Shown here: positions 43,134 to 57,365 of the stretch, piece after piece | Layout: every line of letters begins with the position of its first letter | How positions within the stretch are numbered: position 1 is the first letter of the stretch | Notes under the pieces: model-generated | Told to the model about the DNA's origin: nothing | The model's database searches: none | The model's input: only the letters and a program-made list of their open reading frames with translations | Made by a program: the position numbers and the translations under genes | Origin: Auanema rhodensis | Taxonomy: Eukaryota > Animalia > Nematoda | Assembly: GCA_964057225.1 (NCBI GenBank) | Contig: OZ059900.1 | Location: 13,950,001 to 14,014,000, forward strand | Direction: 5' to 3' | Length of the DNA stretch: 64,000 nt

Positions 43134-46100
43134 CCAGACAAGTATGGAATATTAAGTCAATGAGCAAATCTGTAATATGTCATGGATACCTGCGTAGTCA
43201 TAGTTTTAACTTTTCTTCTCTTACTACGTAAATTTCTTATATTTTACCAAAAGTAAGAGAAATAAAAAGTTTATTAATTATTTTTTTCTCCTTGTACTCT
43301 TTCTTCATCTGTCGTTTTCTCCTGTTTAAGCGCAATAATTCGTATAATAATCATAGGCAAACAATAATTTTCAAAATAAATTAGTATATGAAGAGAAAAT
43401 AAAAAACATATTACTCATATAACTTTTGTTTATTATTTTTTAAAATTCTGCTATAGACAACTAAGAAGTAGTAGCTATCTTTGTTTTTTACACTATGTAT
43501 TATTACACTTATGCTCTGTATAATAAAAAAAATCACTGCATCATTTCAAAGAAAAATTTTGAATGTCTTTTCATGTGAACATGGCTGTATCTCAAAAAAG
43601 GAACTAGATTTCCAAGCTTTAATAAATAATGTATGTGTCTTGCTCTTTTTTTATTTTTTTCTCCTTTTTAACTTCGCGTTTGGATAACTTCATGAATTAT
43701 GGAAGTAGAGGTAGTAGAATGCTTTTTATTGTTTTAGGATCAAATACAGTTCTTAATCAGTTGTTGATGAATTGCATAGTTTTCATTCCAATTATTTTAT
43801 AAAATAATATACTAATAGGTTTGTGTGGCAGGGTTATTGATATTTAGCAAAGCTGAGATATTCGACAGAAATGCTCGGAGTGTATTATGATGCCGATTCA
43901 AAATCATAGCTAATTAGTGGAGAACAATGATTTTTGGCTCTGTTAGCTTAGAAGAACATTAAGAAATTGGATGAATAATGAATTATTTATCTAATTAAAG
44001 CGTTCTCATAGAAAAAATGTAATATTTAACGACATTTCAGAATTGTAAATTTGGACCATTTTACTTTATTAAAATATATTTGATTTTTGATGTGAATAAG
44101 TTGATTCTTCATTATAATTTCAAATATAAACTCAACTAGAATTCAAAGCATAGTCCTTTTTTTAACCTCTTTTAACGGAAATTTCTTCTGCAGAAATGTA
44201 GACTGATTAGTAGCAACAACAATAAAAAAAACTTAAGAAGATTACGGAAAGGTTCAAAATTGAACTATTCTCTGTATATAGAAAGCTTAAAGCAAATTAC
44301 TCGTTCGCATTGCTTAATCGACACCTACTTCCTCCAAAATTAATGGCTTAGCGTCATTGATTTAAATCTGAATAAAAAGCAGCCAGATTCTCTTTAAAAT
44401 ATTTTTACCCTTTTCTTACAACCTTTTCAAATTTCTTTTAATATATATATTTTTTTGTTGTTAAAAAGGTTTTCTTTAAATAAACAATAGGTAGAAAACC
44501 AATTTCCTTTTAGATAATGTGAGTGAACTCACCGAAGCAGAAGTAAGCATATGCATACATATATAATATATTTTGTCACAACTTAACATTATTTTAAAGT
44601 CCTTATACATGTTACCTGTTCATGAAAAAAGACATAAAGTTTGTCTTTTTCTAACTTTCGTTTTTGCTTCCTTGAATGATGCGTGAAGTAGAAGCAATCT
44701 GATACGTTTTGCTACTCAACAATCTCATATCTATATTTAATATAAAATATATAAGTAATACTATGCACACAAAGATATTCAATCTGTGAGCATTCCTTAT
44801 ACTTTCTTCATTTTGAGATGATGAACAGAACACTTCAACTATTACATTTCATTCTGAGAAAAAGCTTATTGAAGTCTCATTCGTTCTTTTTCATTATAAG
44901 TTTCTAGACAGAAATCAAAAAATATTTCTAATCCTATTTGCTGAAGTAGTACTTGTTTTCATGTTTTTTATCTGTTTAGTCATAAATCACACCCAACTTT
45001 TTTTATTATAACAGTATGAACAATTCATATTAAATAAGTAGATTCATAATTATTTTGTTTGGCAGCAATATAATGGATGAGTAATCCAATTTCAAAGTAT
45101 ATTCTGGATAAAATTTGTATTTGCCAACTTCAATATATAGATTTATACTTTTGCTATCGTTATATTACTTTTTTTTGGTTATTTCCTGAAATTATTAAGT
45201 TTGAGTGGGTGTTTGTGTTTGAACTGCAGTACTCGTTGTAGTTTATTTCGTTAATTAGTTTATAAGTTGCTACGCTGTAACTTTATTATTCTTTCTCGTT
45301 AACTGATTCAATTTTTTGGTCCTCTGCTTTTGTTGTTAGTACGTCTCTAACCGAGAAATTTTTCAAATTTGATACGAGAAATCGATCATATATTTAATCC
45401 TCAAACGGCTGGTGCAAAATGCATTGGTGGTCACAATTTCTTTACACTTTAATTAAACGTGTACGTTGTTGAAGAATTTTTTAATTAATTGTGATTCTTC
45501 TAACTGAAATGCGTAGCAAGTCTCCTTTTACAGTACCACATTGTTTAAGAGTGCTGTGTGAACTGGCCTTGTTCACTTCTTTTTTTCTTCTTATTTGAAA
45601 CATTATATTACATTTGTTCCTTATGGAGCATTAATTTATGCGTTATTTGGCATATTCTTCTGTTTCTAATCAAAAGCATACAAATATTTGAATGACGTAT
45701 GAATGAAGTTTGAGATAACCACTCTATTTTAAGAAAGTTTCTGAGAAGAGGATAATGCAACCTTTATAACATATATAGTTACACGTTTTTTGAACTTCCT
45801 CCATTTTTATGGAATACTTGCACCGTATGAAATATTGAGAAGCTTGCGAGCATGAGATTAAAAATTATATCTTTAGTTTTGTAATTCTGCATATGCTTTA
45901 TTATAGGAATGTTTCTTTTGAGGTATAATGTTACATCAAGTTATTAATCATTTTTTTCTAGTTCAATAGACATATATAGCATATTGTTCGAATATTCATT
46001 ACGTAATTTTATATTTTTCACGCATGATTTTCTGATTCTCATTTTCAAAGGAAGAGAAAACCGCCAATATTTCATATTTTGTTTTTATTTCAGCTTCTTC

Positions 46101-49100
46101 TAGTATATAACATTGTGTTTACGTCTTTGTTTTACTAATTATTCACGTAAATATCTAACATTTACACGTTTCCTTATCCTTACCTTGTTTTAAGCTTAGC
46201 TTCTTGTGATTAGAAGAAAAACTTTGAATAAACGCTTAAAATGCAACTTAAAGCTGATTGAAGTTTTAAGAAAAAAATAGCGTTGCAAGCGTTTCCTAAT
46301 GACTTTAAGAGGAGAAAATACAATTAAACTAAATATATTATAACTTAACAACATTTAAAAACTTCAACTTTACTGAAACAGTTCGATTTAATTTTTAAGT
46401 TTTCTCGACTATTGCTCATGTGATAATTTTGAAAAAAAGTGTATAACTCATCTTGAAAACTTCAGTTTTAAACTTTTATTTTTCCCTAGTCCATTGAAAA
46501 CTATGCAGTACACTTTTTACCGCAAACGGGATATCATGGTAAAAATGCGTGAGGTTTAGTGGGGTAAAATCTAAACTGAAAAAGTATGTGTACACGTAAA
46601 ATTCATATGTGTGGGTAGCTTCCGTGTGTGCTAATCAACATATTAATGATGTTTCGTGATCAGAAAAGAGCAAATGATGAAAAAGACTAGCAAAATGCTC
46701 TTATCATGACATGGAAATATCTTTCTCAGGATACTTGTCTTGTAATAGATCTCAATAACACGCACATACCTTTTTCTCTAATATTTTCCTTGTTGTATAT
46801 TTTCAACAGCTTCATGAACTTTCCCCTTATAATCATTTATTGTTTATTATTATTAAGATATATATATATAGATATCAACAGCTGAAAGCTATTCATATTA
46901 AATATTATGATCATAAAGCTCAAACTTGTTTGATTTTTATTTAAAAAAAAGAATTATATTGTTTCATTTATCTTAATATTCTGACTAAAGATTTTTTTTT
47001 CGTAACTTTTATTGCAACCATAGTCTCAGGATTTGAATTGTGACATGAAACCTACTGTAGATAAAAATGCCGATATTAAAATTTCAAAATGAGTCGAAGC
47101 AATAATAATGAGATTTAGCTCAAATGAAAAAAAAGTTAATGAAAAATGGGATTAATTGAATCAGTTGAATAGCATGAGATATGATACATTTGCTGATTTA
47201 CACAATTATTTTGCATGAGTAAAGTAAATTTTTTGTCTCTGTTTTCCAGTATCTTTTACCAAATGAAACTACTTGTCACATAAAAAAAAAGGAAATTTCT
47301 ATTATGAATCGAAACTTTGATCTTGTGAAGTTATCTGAATTATTCTTTGTCGCTTGAAAATCAAAGAGAATAAAAGAATTTATTTCCAATTCAACGCACT
47401 CCAAAATTCAGTAACTCTCTTTCTTTCATTTACATTAAAGAGATACTTTTCAAAATGATTATTCGCGAAATCGACTTTTTCGATATAATGGGGTTCATGG
47501 CCTGTGGGCAATAGGGGGGCTTAAGTGAAGCCAAATAAGAGAAGTAAGACGAAAGGATGAAATGAAACGGAAAAGAAAAAAGATGAAGTGAAATACTGAG
47601 AAAGACTAAGATGCTGAAAGAGAGAGAAAGAAAGGAGAACTATTAGTAGGTTGAGTGGAAGTACCCATCTGGGATTCTTGTCTCAGCGGAAAAAGTCTTC
47701 AACTACGGGAATCACAACGGAGCTAAAAAGGCTCGCCCGACAATTTTGGCATAGAAGTTTTCTGCTGATTTTAGACTATTTCCATCTATCTGTCTACGGT
47801 CTTTTAATAGATCACCACTCAAAGCTGAAAAGAGAGTTCTGAAAAGAGAAGAAAAAAATGTTTTTTTTTACTTCTCATTCAGTTTTTTGATTCTCATAAA
47901 TAGTATTTTCACTATTGTCTTTCATTTGATCTAAATGAGATTATATATTATTATGCTAATATAAATGTTTTTTTCTATTTTCTGTAAATATATCAATGAA
48001 TATGTGTAATACATGAAAAAACATCAGATAGCCAGATAAGGTTGTTATATTGTAGTCTTTACTAACCCCCCCTCCCCGATGCATTTTCTTGATTATGAAA
48101 TAAAGCAAAACATGTACTTCTTACATGTGTGTTTGATGTAACAAAAACATTTGATATTGCAAAGATTTGTATATATATATATAACTCGAAACTTTACTAT
48201 TTTTATTCTTGCTACATAATATATCCACCTGTTTTGTATTTTGCGAGTTGGAAATGAGAAAAGCTGGAAACTAATCTCGTTTACCTTGGACATTTTCTAA
48301 AGTATACATGTCTTTTTGTTTCTTCCTTCTTTAAATTGGCATGTACCGATCTGTGCTCTTCCACTTGTCACCATTTATGCAATTCGTCCAAACGATGTTG
48401 CTTTTTTTCAGGAAAACATATAGTTGACTTGACTATTACTTACTTGATCCTTCGTTTGTTATAACAAACTTTCAAGTTCAACAACATAAGCTTTTCATAA
48501 ACATCATCGATTATAACATTTGAGATAATATAACTATGCTGCTCTCTGCTATAGTTATACTCAATAGAAATCGTTTCAGATTATCCCCTCAGTCTTTCCA
48601 TTTTTTCACTTTTTTCTGTTCTCTTTCTCATTTTCTCTCTTTATTTTACGCTTACATCTCTATATATCTCCAACATTTCATATCGTCTATATCTTCCGTT
48701 TTCTTCCTCTCTCTTATCCATTTGGAGATCTTTGTTCAAATGTAACTCTATGAAAGCACAACCAATCTAAGCACAGCTCGATTTTCCATATTATTCATGT
48801 GATAGGAAATTGCGTTCCTGAGAAACTAACCGTTTAAATATTTTAGTTTACATTTCTTATTTCTGGTGTGTTCCATCAAAACCTTGTTGTTTTAATAATT
48901 TAATAAAACATTTGTGTAACAGAAGAGGAAAACGTATATGTCGTCTTCAAGTTTCTATTTTCAAGTAATGAAAGAGAATAATGGAATTAAAAATTTTTAA
49001 ATTAACTTATTAATTACTCAAATATCATATGTGAAACTATAGCTCTCTTTTCAATGTTTGAGATAGAAGAGTAGGTCTCCGTGTATTTCAATTCTCGAAT

Positions 49101-50656
49101 TTTGCTTTTTAATCGAATTATGCTTGCCTCACTCATGAAACTCTATGGAGTTTATGAATTTCAACATTTCTAGATTAGAAAAGCTATAACAAGAGAAATT
49201 AACATATATTTCGATATATATTTATACATCATCTCACATCGCAACCGTTTATCTATTTATATATCGTTATATGTTCATTTGTGTGCCATTTTTTTATAGT
49301 AAAAAGATCTTGAACAGAAGTTATAAGATGGCTTGTAGGTTGCATTGCTTCATATCCTTATACCCGCCCGAATTGTTATGACTTTTTCGGTTGTCTTTGT
49401 AAAGAGCTTTAAAGAGGACGAGAAGAAAAAAGAAGACGATGAAATGAATGTTGAATGAGGAAAGAACGAGAAATAGAGAGGGTAAAAATGAGTATGCAGC
49501 ACAATCACGCGACAAGTATTCGAACTTGCCTATCTTCTTTCTACATTAGAAGCGAGATATTGGAAAAAACCACATTTCATATCTTCCATATTCATTTTGT
49601 TTTTTCATAAAGGCTTTCTTTTTCTTATATCTACACTTTATGCTTGCACAAGTTCTACTTATGTAGATGCCCTGTAAAATATTTTTAAAGCTGGCAATAG
49701 GGCATTATGGAATGAGAGTGTTTTCTATATTCAAGTGGTATTTTTGTTTTAATTCCGGAACGCTATTGTTCAGATAAATTTACAACGACATTTTTCTATT
49801 CATATCAGGTGCGGCTCTTTAATTCTTTCTTCTATCCCTTATTATTAGTTTTTTATCCGTACAACGCAATGAAAAAAATCTGAATCATTTTAATAAAGTC
49901 CTCTGTCAAATAGAAATTTTGTTATGTTTACTCATCCAAAAAGTAAGCTTTCAGAATTATAATTAAAAATGAACTATAAATTTATAATATATAAAATTAA
50001 GAATTGGTTCCTTCAGCTAGTAAAACATTTTAGAATATTCACATATGTCTATATTCACCTGTTAGGCGTATGTGTAAAGCTACTACAGCACCAGATTTTT
50101 TTCACTTTTTCACTTTTTAAATATGCTTAATATTATGCATTCAAAAAAAGCGTGTGCAAAACAGCAAATATCATAATAGAGACTTAAAAAATTCTCAAAA
50201 TAGCAGATTTTTGATTAGTTTCGTCTATATTCACCGGGTTTCTCTGTCCTATTTTTGGCGAACACACATAATCGAGTTCATGCGCTTTTGAAAGGAAAGA
50301 GAAAAAGAAGATTTAAAAATTGAAAGATTTTCTATATGTTTATGTATATGTATATATATATATATGTATATAAACAACATACACATACATATTTATATAC
50401 ATTTTCTTGACACAACTATATTCTTTCTACAAATAAACACTTCTTTTTCAATCTAGCATTTTCTTTGACAGATTGCTTTTACTTTTTTAAACTTTCTAAT
50501 TGTTACATTTTTTTTCCTTTTTTTCACATAAATTTGTAATTGTCGATGACTTTTAATGTGATGTTGTTGCAACAGATTTGTGATTATTCTTGAAAAATTC
50601 CAGTTTTGTTTTTGTGTTATCTGTTTCCAGAAATATATTTTGATTATAGATTAACA

Positions 50657-52245
50657 ATGAAAGATGACCCCCATGCTCTTGATCGCCACAAGGCAAACAA
50701 TAATTCATTATATATGTTAATGTTAGTTAATTATACTAAATGATTTTTTTATAATTAACAATACTATATGTTTTAAGCTTTGATACAAATAGGAGAGATG
50801 ACTTGATAACAGTTACAGTCTGGATGATTATGATACTATATGCTCTAGTTAGCAATATTCTCATTATTGTTGGCATATTGAGAAGTGCAGCAATGAGATC
50901 TGCTACCAGGTAGCTTTTTCTAATTTTATAAATATTTTTTGAATTCTTGTGTCTCTTGCAAAGTATAATATCGAAAATAGTTTTCATTATGCTACTTATT
51001 GTTTTTTTTAAGTTATTGGTTCATAATATCATTGGGTGTGTGTGATATAGTAATGATATTTATTTCTCTCATTCATCTGGTTCCTTCTACAGCATTTCAT
51101 GAAGATTTTGTTCTTTTAATGTCAACTAGAAATGTCGTCATGCTTTTTTTCTACAATTTGTTTTGGTACACAGGTGTTGTGCAGCTAGGATTGATGGCAT
51201 TGAATAGGTAACAAAATGAGAATTTTTAAAAAATTACCTAAAATATAATTTTTTTTGAAAATGCATAACTATGCATCTAAAAAATAATTAACTAGTAAAA
51301 CTGATTACGTTATTTCGAAACTTTTAGATTTGTTTCGATTGTTTATCCTATGGAATATAAAGTGATTTTTTCACGGCGGAGATCATCTTTGCTGCTCTTA
51401 TTAGGATATTTTTTGGGATTCCTTGCATCACTCCCTACGTTATTCTCTTGTTGTTATCTGCTATGGGATTCTTCAACTTATGCTACAATTTATGTTCAAC
51501 CAGATACATGGTGAGATCTGGTTTTTTACATCAAAAACTTCAGCACTTTCTTAAAGGTATAAATATGTTGATATGGGTGTGAATAGTGTTTCGTTACTTA
51601 TGATGCTTGTTTCGTATGCTGCAATCATACATAAAGTGCGAGAAAGTGGTCGAGCTGTTAAGAAATACCAATTGTCCATTCGAATGAAGGTAATTCCATG
51701 TTTACAGTTTTATTTATTAAGTTTTTTTTCTAAATATAAGTTTTTTTAATGTTATTCATTATTTATAAATTCAATAAACACTCAGTTGAAAAACAGATAC
51801 AAAATCAACAATTTCTAAGCTTTAAACTGCTAAATGTTTTTAGCAAAGTGGGGCTTTGGTTGTTGTCCCACCAAGTTGTCCAGGGGGCTTTCACAGAACC
51901 CACTCTTTTAAAGCACCAGGAAGCCAAGTCAGTAAAAAAGAGCTACGCCTATTCATACAGGTTATTAAAATTAATTTTCATAATTAATATTTGATTTTCA
52001 GTTTTTTTTGGTATCAATAATATTCTTGCTTACGTGGACAACATGGCAGTGGCTTCCACGCTTTTTTCAGTCTAAATGGGCATGTTTCGCCATGACTTCA
52101 TTGTTTTTTATTAACAATTCAGTAAGACAACTTAATGGAACTTCAAATTTTTAACTATTATTTTAAGGTCAATCCCACCGTTTATTTGATTTTCAATACA
52201 CAATTACGGCGAGAGCTATACAAATTATTCTGCATTCGTCGATAA
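50657..52245 (+). CDS. npr-19: Class A / Srx-like 7TM GPCR, NPR-19 orthologue
   Basis: Spliced product has seven hydrophobic segments: MRSATSYWFIISLGVCD, LFWYTGVVQLGLMALNRFVSIVYPMEYK, YKYVDMGVNS, KKELRLFIQFF, TWTTWQWLP, MTSLFFINNSVNPTVYLIFNTQLRREL. It matches my recollection of C. elegans NPR-19 (C02H7.2), a neighbour of aex-3 (C02H7.3). Confidence 0.82.
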
Positions 52246-54059
52246 TGCTGCCATTTATAACCCAATAATAGCTGACATTTGTTTTAATTTAATCAGATTT
52301 AAAACACGATTCCGGTAGCCCATGTCTACATTCATTCATTGCTTGTAGATGAAAAAAAAATATCAAGCTTGTTATAAGTATCAATGCGACTTTAGATTTT
52401 ATTTAGCTTTCACCGCAATTGTCCTTTTTATTATACGGAACTGGCATTTTTCCTTTTGTTCAAAAATAGTGTCAATTGGATCTCAATTAGAAGTCGTACA
52501 TATTGTACATTTTATTCATTCGGCTTTACTGCTTTTGATAAAAATTTTGGAATTTAATATTGTTTTAAACATTCTGAAAACATTGCGTGCTGAAATGAAA
52601 TATTAGAAAAAGTATTCACTATGCTATCACGTAACTCTATTGTGAATGTTCAGTAAGAAATATTTTTTTATCTCTTTGTATTATCCTTGATTTTGAAACA
52701 GTTTATTGTTGTTTTTTAATTGCATCTGAAAAACTATCATTTTTCAATATTCTTCATTAATAAAAAATGTACATCGCTTGCGTTTATTATTAAATATAGT
52801 CCTAATTAAGATTGAAATTATATTAATAATGCTAATGAATTGAAAAAGCAAGAAAAACAAAAAAAAATGTTCACATTGTCTGTAAAAGAAATTGAAATTT
52901 TTGCATTTAGGAATGTGAAAAAGAAGTTTTCCGCAAGATTGTAACTAGAAAAAACTGAAGCTTAAAAGTATGATGACATTATTGACAAAATTTCGCCTCG
53001 ATTATTTGATAAGAACTACAAATCTCTTTTCCAAAGTATTTTTATATATAAATTTTTTATTCTTTACGAGCCAAATTCCAACTCTATTTTTCAATTTAAA
53101 TAAGTAGTTTGGCTTAATGTGTCTTCTTTATGGTTATTTACTCGTTTTTCTTAATTATCTATAAAAAGGGGATACAATTTAAATCTCAATTTGAAATATG
53201 GAGGGTGGTGTACTTAAACATATATGAAAAAAACGTCAAATGCATGAAATCAGTGATAAGAAATTTTTACTTTGAGAATGTATAAAATGCCTATATTATA
53301 AATGTTCGTTATCCTCGTATTAACTCTAGGGATTAGTCGTGTTATCTCGATTTTGTTGATAAATTGAACTGTTTTTCTTAAACAGATTTTTACACTTTTT
53401 AACAATATGTAGTGCATATAACTGTGAGTCATCTCGGTCTTCAGCATTAGTTTTATCGTTTTCGATCTCCCTACGTGTCGCTGCAATCATGTGTCTCTCT
53501 GTTTCTAGGTTAAGTAACACTTACATGTTCATATTGATTAAATATTCGCAATATTAATTTTTATTGATCGAAAATATTATGCACAGGTGAATTGTATTGT
53601 AACAGTTCGAAAACTAATAACCTCATATTATTTAATGAATTTCATTAACTACTCGGTGAAACGGCATTGCTTTTACGGTGTTTACGCACTGTGTTTACAA
53701 GGCGATGATAAATTGGCGCATATTTCCAAAGGTTGTGCGTCATCATCGTCATAAGCTTGGCATTTATACACTTTTCTCTTAATTATTAGTATTATCTTCA
53801 TTAAATAGAAAATCATTCTTTCATTTAAACATTGTATCTTATTGTGAATATTGGTTACAATCGTTAGTTTTTTTGTTTTCAGTTTCAAGAGTAGAAAAGG
53901 TTTTACTTGTTAAAGACCGAAGAAGCTATAGGTATGCGTTAACCAAATAGTTATAATTATTCCTATTCTTTCCTTCCTATTTTACTAGTGGCCTAACAGA
54001 AAGTTATTGCTTCCTAAGTACTAAATTTCTTTGTACAGATTGGTAGTTGAATTATTAAA

Positions 54060-56225
54060 ATGAATGCCATCACATCAGTTTTTCTTCGAGCTCAACGTGC
54101 GATATTTGGACATGAGGTAACATTATTATTTTCATTATTTTCTTGAAAGTTAAGAATTAATCGATGAAGGATTCAATTGATTTGCACTGTGACTCATTCT
54201 TTTTTTCTTTTTACACACAATTGATACTAAGTGAAGAAATTTATCATAAAAAAATGTGTTTTTAACCTGAATTAAATTAAATTTACATTTAATTTATTTT
54301 AAGGGTTTTCAATCCGATAGTCCCGAGTTTCTACAGGCTCAACAAGCTATTTTAACACTTAACCGTCAGGTTCATTCACTTTTTTCTTCATTTTTATCTG
54401 TTGTATTAATAGGACAGAAAAATAATTGAAAGAGTGTTCAAAGCAATAGATGAAATCATGAGAATTTTCCATTCCTCTAGAATACCTTTAAAAAATTCTC
54501 CACCTTTTATTATTGAAATTTTGCCCGACACATATGCGCATGTGAGTTCAAGTTAATTAACGTTTTTTCATAGCATAATATTATAGCTAGCCGTCATTGT
54601 CGGACACACTCCGAGTTATGTATCGGATAATCCATACCTGAGAGCATTCTTGCAAAATTTTTACAACAAATCAAAAGACGTAATGTTTTCACGATAACTT
54701 ACAGAAAACGTAATCTGATATTCTAGGTCATAAAGTTGTTTAAAAATCCCGGAATTTTTAATGAATCTTCTCCAGAACGTAGAGCTTTAATGAAATTATC
54801 TTTGACATTTTCCAATATGTTATTTGAATTAAAAGCCTATTTTCCAAACGGTTCTTATATAGGTTTAGAGTCTAGACGTTTTTGATAGCTTAAACAGTTT
54901 AAATTTTTAGGAGAAAATTATCGCATTACCAAACGCGAAGCAGAACGATTCTGGAAATCTTATTTTGGAAAACGGTAAGTAACAATTAATTATTTCAATG
55001 TAAAACGACATGTATTAAGTGTTTTTGTGACGTGGGATGAGTTCAGCGCTGTTTCTCATAATCTTCCTGGTGGCCCTTTGAACAATAATGAATTTCAATT
55101 ATTGCGTGAAACAATGGATATAATAGGGCATCAATTAATGTCTAGTTTTGAATTTGATGTTTTTACAAGGTATGTATAATATGCTGTGAAAATAACATCT
55201 TACTTTTCAGGTTATTTTATCCCTGGAGCTCCCTTTTACGAAACTGGAGAGTATTAACCACAGCTCATCCCGGATATGTTGCTTTTCTTACCTATGATGA
55301 AGTGAGGCAACAGCTAGAAAAAGTATTAGATTTGCCCGGAAGGTTTACTTGAATATTATTCCACAAAGATCAATATATATTTTATTGCAGTTATATTTTC
55401 CGGTTATCATGTACTCGCCCAGGACAATGGGCCATAGGATATGTAGGCCCTGATCGCAAAATATATCAGACCATTCCACAAAACAAATCGCTTATTGTTG
55501 CATTACATGAAGGCAGCAAAGAAGGATTGTAAGAAACGAATTATTAACAAGTATTGTTTGTTCTAAATTTATAATTTTCAGTTATCTTTATCCAAACGGT
55601 AAAAAAATTAAAGATGTCGATTTAACAGCAATGCTGGATATTCCGATTGCCGAAAAACTTGCAGTATCATTTTAAGTTTCAACAATCATTTTTATAGCAT
55701 ATATGCTTGAGGTTCCTGATGATCAATATGATGCATATTGTGAAATGGGATCATCGTTCGAAATGTGCAAGATTTGCGATGATCGAAACAAGAATGTTAG
55801 AGTTGAACCTTGTGGTCACTTGTTGTGCTCTACTTGTCTTAGTAGTTGGCAGGTATGTACACGCAAAAAGCAAATCCTAGCTTTTCATATTTCAATTTTG
55901 ATTTTAGCAATCTGAAAACGGAAACACTTGTCCTTTCTGTCGTGATGAAATAAAGTCAACTAGTTTGGTTGTTTTTGAGCGAATTTCTACCGGTCCTGTA
56001 CCTAAATCTATAAAATTAGAGACAGAATCAATACTTACCGGAGAAACGACACAGTTGAAATCACAAGGTAGTGATCTAAAAGTAGATTTTAGTAAAACCG
56101 TAAGTATTCTTAAAATTTACATAACATTAATTATTGTTCAGGACGATAATGACACAGGTAAAAATGACATTCCGGAATGCCCACCTCCTCTTCCCCCCCG
56201 TACAACTCGACGAACGTTAGCATAG
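54060..56225 (+). CDS. sli-1: Cbl-family E3 ubiquitin ligase (TKB + linker + RING), short form
   Basis: [16 protein letters not shown]; [13 protein letters not shown]; [13 protein letters not shown]; [19 protein letters not shown]; [37 protein letters not shown]...CPFCRDEIK; PPPLPPR. Confidence 0.93.
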
Positions 56226-57365
56226 ATGCTGAAAGAGCCTTTCTTGCAAATGTCTGTATTAAGTTCACTAAGAATTTGAAAAACTAGAGAAAAATGTTCA
56301 GCTATTGCTGAAATCGGGTTTATTTGAACTTTTTTGTCCTAACCATTGATTCCAACAATTTTCGGGTTGATGTATATTTATTATTCAAACATCCCTACCC
56401 TAGTGTTTGAAACATTTGTGAGAACAATTTTAGTTTTACCTGTATTTTAGTGCCATTTGTTCACGAAATTTAGACGGAAAGCTTCTTAAAACTCAGCGGT
56501 GAACTATGATAATTATGGGTTGAATCATGTTTGTTATCGTACAAATTATTGATTCTTTATTTGGTAATCTTTGAAACAAACATATTAGCTTTAACGTTTA
56601 TATTTCTTTTGATCAGATTCCAAGATGTTTTATGTTTTTCGTGTATTTATTTCCCTGAAAATAGAATCTGTGATAATCTTGATGAATGAACTAAGATTTC
56701 TCAATTTTTTTAGTGAAAATCTTGCAGATGTATTCTATTATCCGTTTATAAGCATTCTGTCAATTTCATGTTTGCCAATTACACTGATAGGCTTCTGTTA
56801 CTTCTCACGCATTCCTTATTGTACCTTCCTTTCTATCAACGGGTGTTATTCACCGGATTTGTTTCTTAATATTGTGAAATGAGTTTATATATAGCCGATA
56901 TAGATATATTTATGTTATATTATGCAAAAATTATTGAAATAAAAATGTTTAAGAATTGAATGAGGTATTAAAGAAAGAAATAACTTTGTGAACTTCTCGA
57001 AAATATAAGAAAAATAAGGGACAAAGCACTTTGCAATTGTGTAGTAAACGCTTATATAGTCCAGGTTTGCATAATTAGAGTAACATCGTATTAAGAGTTT
57101 TCCTCAGGAGCGTGCACTGACCTGTTTTATTATAGTGACCTTGGCATTGCTTTGTCTCTTTATGAGATCTCACATGCAAGACAGTATTCAATCCATCGAT
57201 TGACCGATGGGTTTGAATACCCTGTTTCCAATCATGCACACAATTTAAACGCGATCTCTAAACCAACTTATAAGTTTAAAAAATTTCTTTTTGTTGTACG
57301 TGTTATACAATTCTAGATAAATTGCATTTATTTTATTTTCTGATTTTTCAGCAATATTATAACAA

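Noticed and set aside
44651-44833. Small minus-strand ORF in the aex-3/npr-19 gap
   Set aside because: No consistent start or exon chain could be built.
49126-49157. Short hairpins here and at ~57190-57215
   Set aside because: Stems of about 9-11 bp are expected by chance in 64 kb of AT-rich DNA.
53326-53520. 64-aa hydrophilic minus-strand ORF upstream of sli-1
   Set aside because: Short, no recognisable homology and no convincing gene structure; cannot be supported without expression data.
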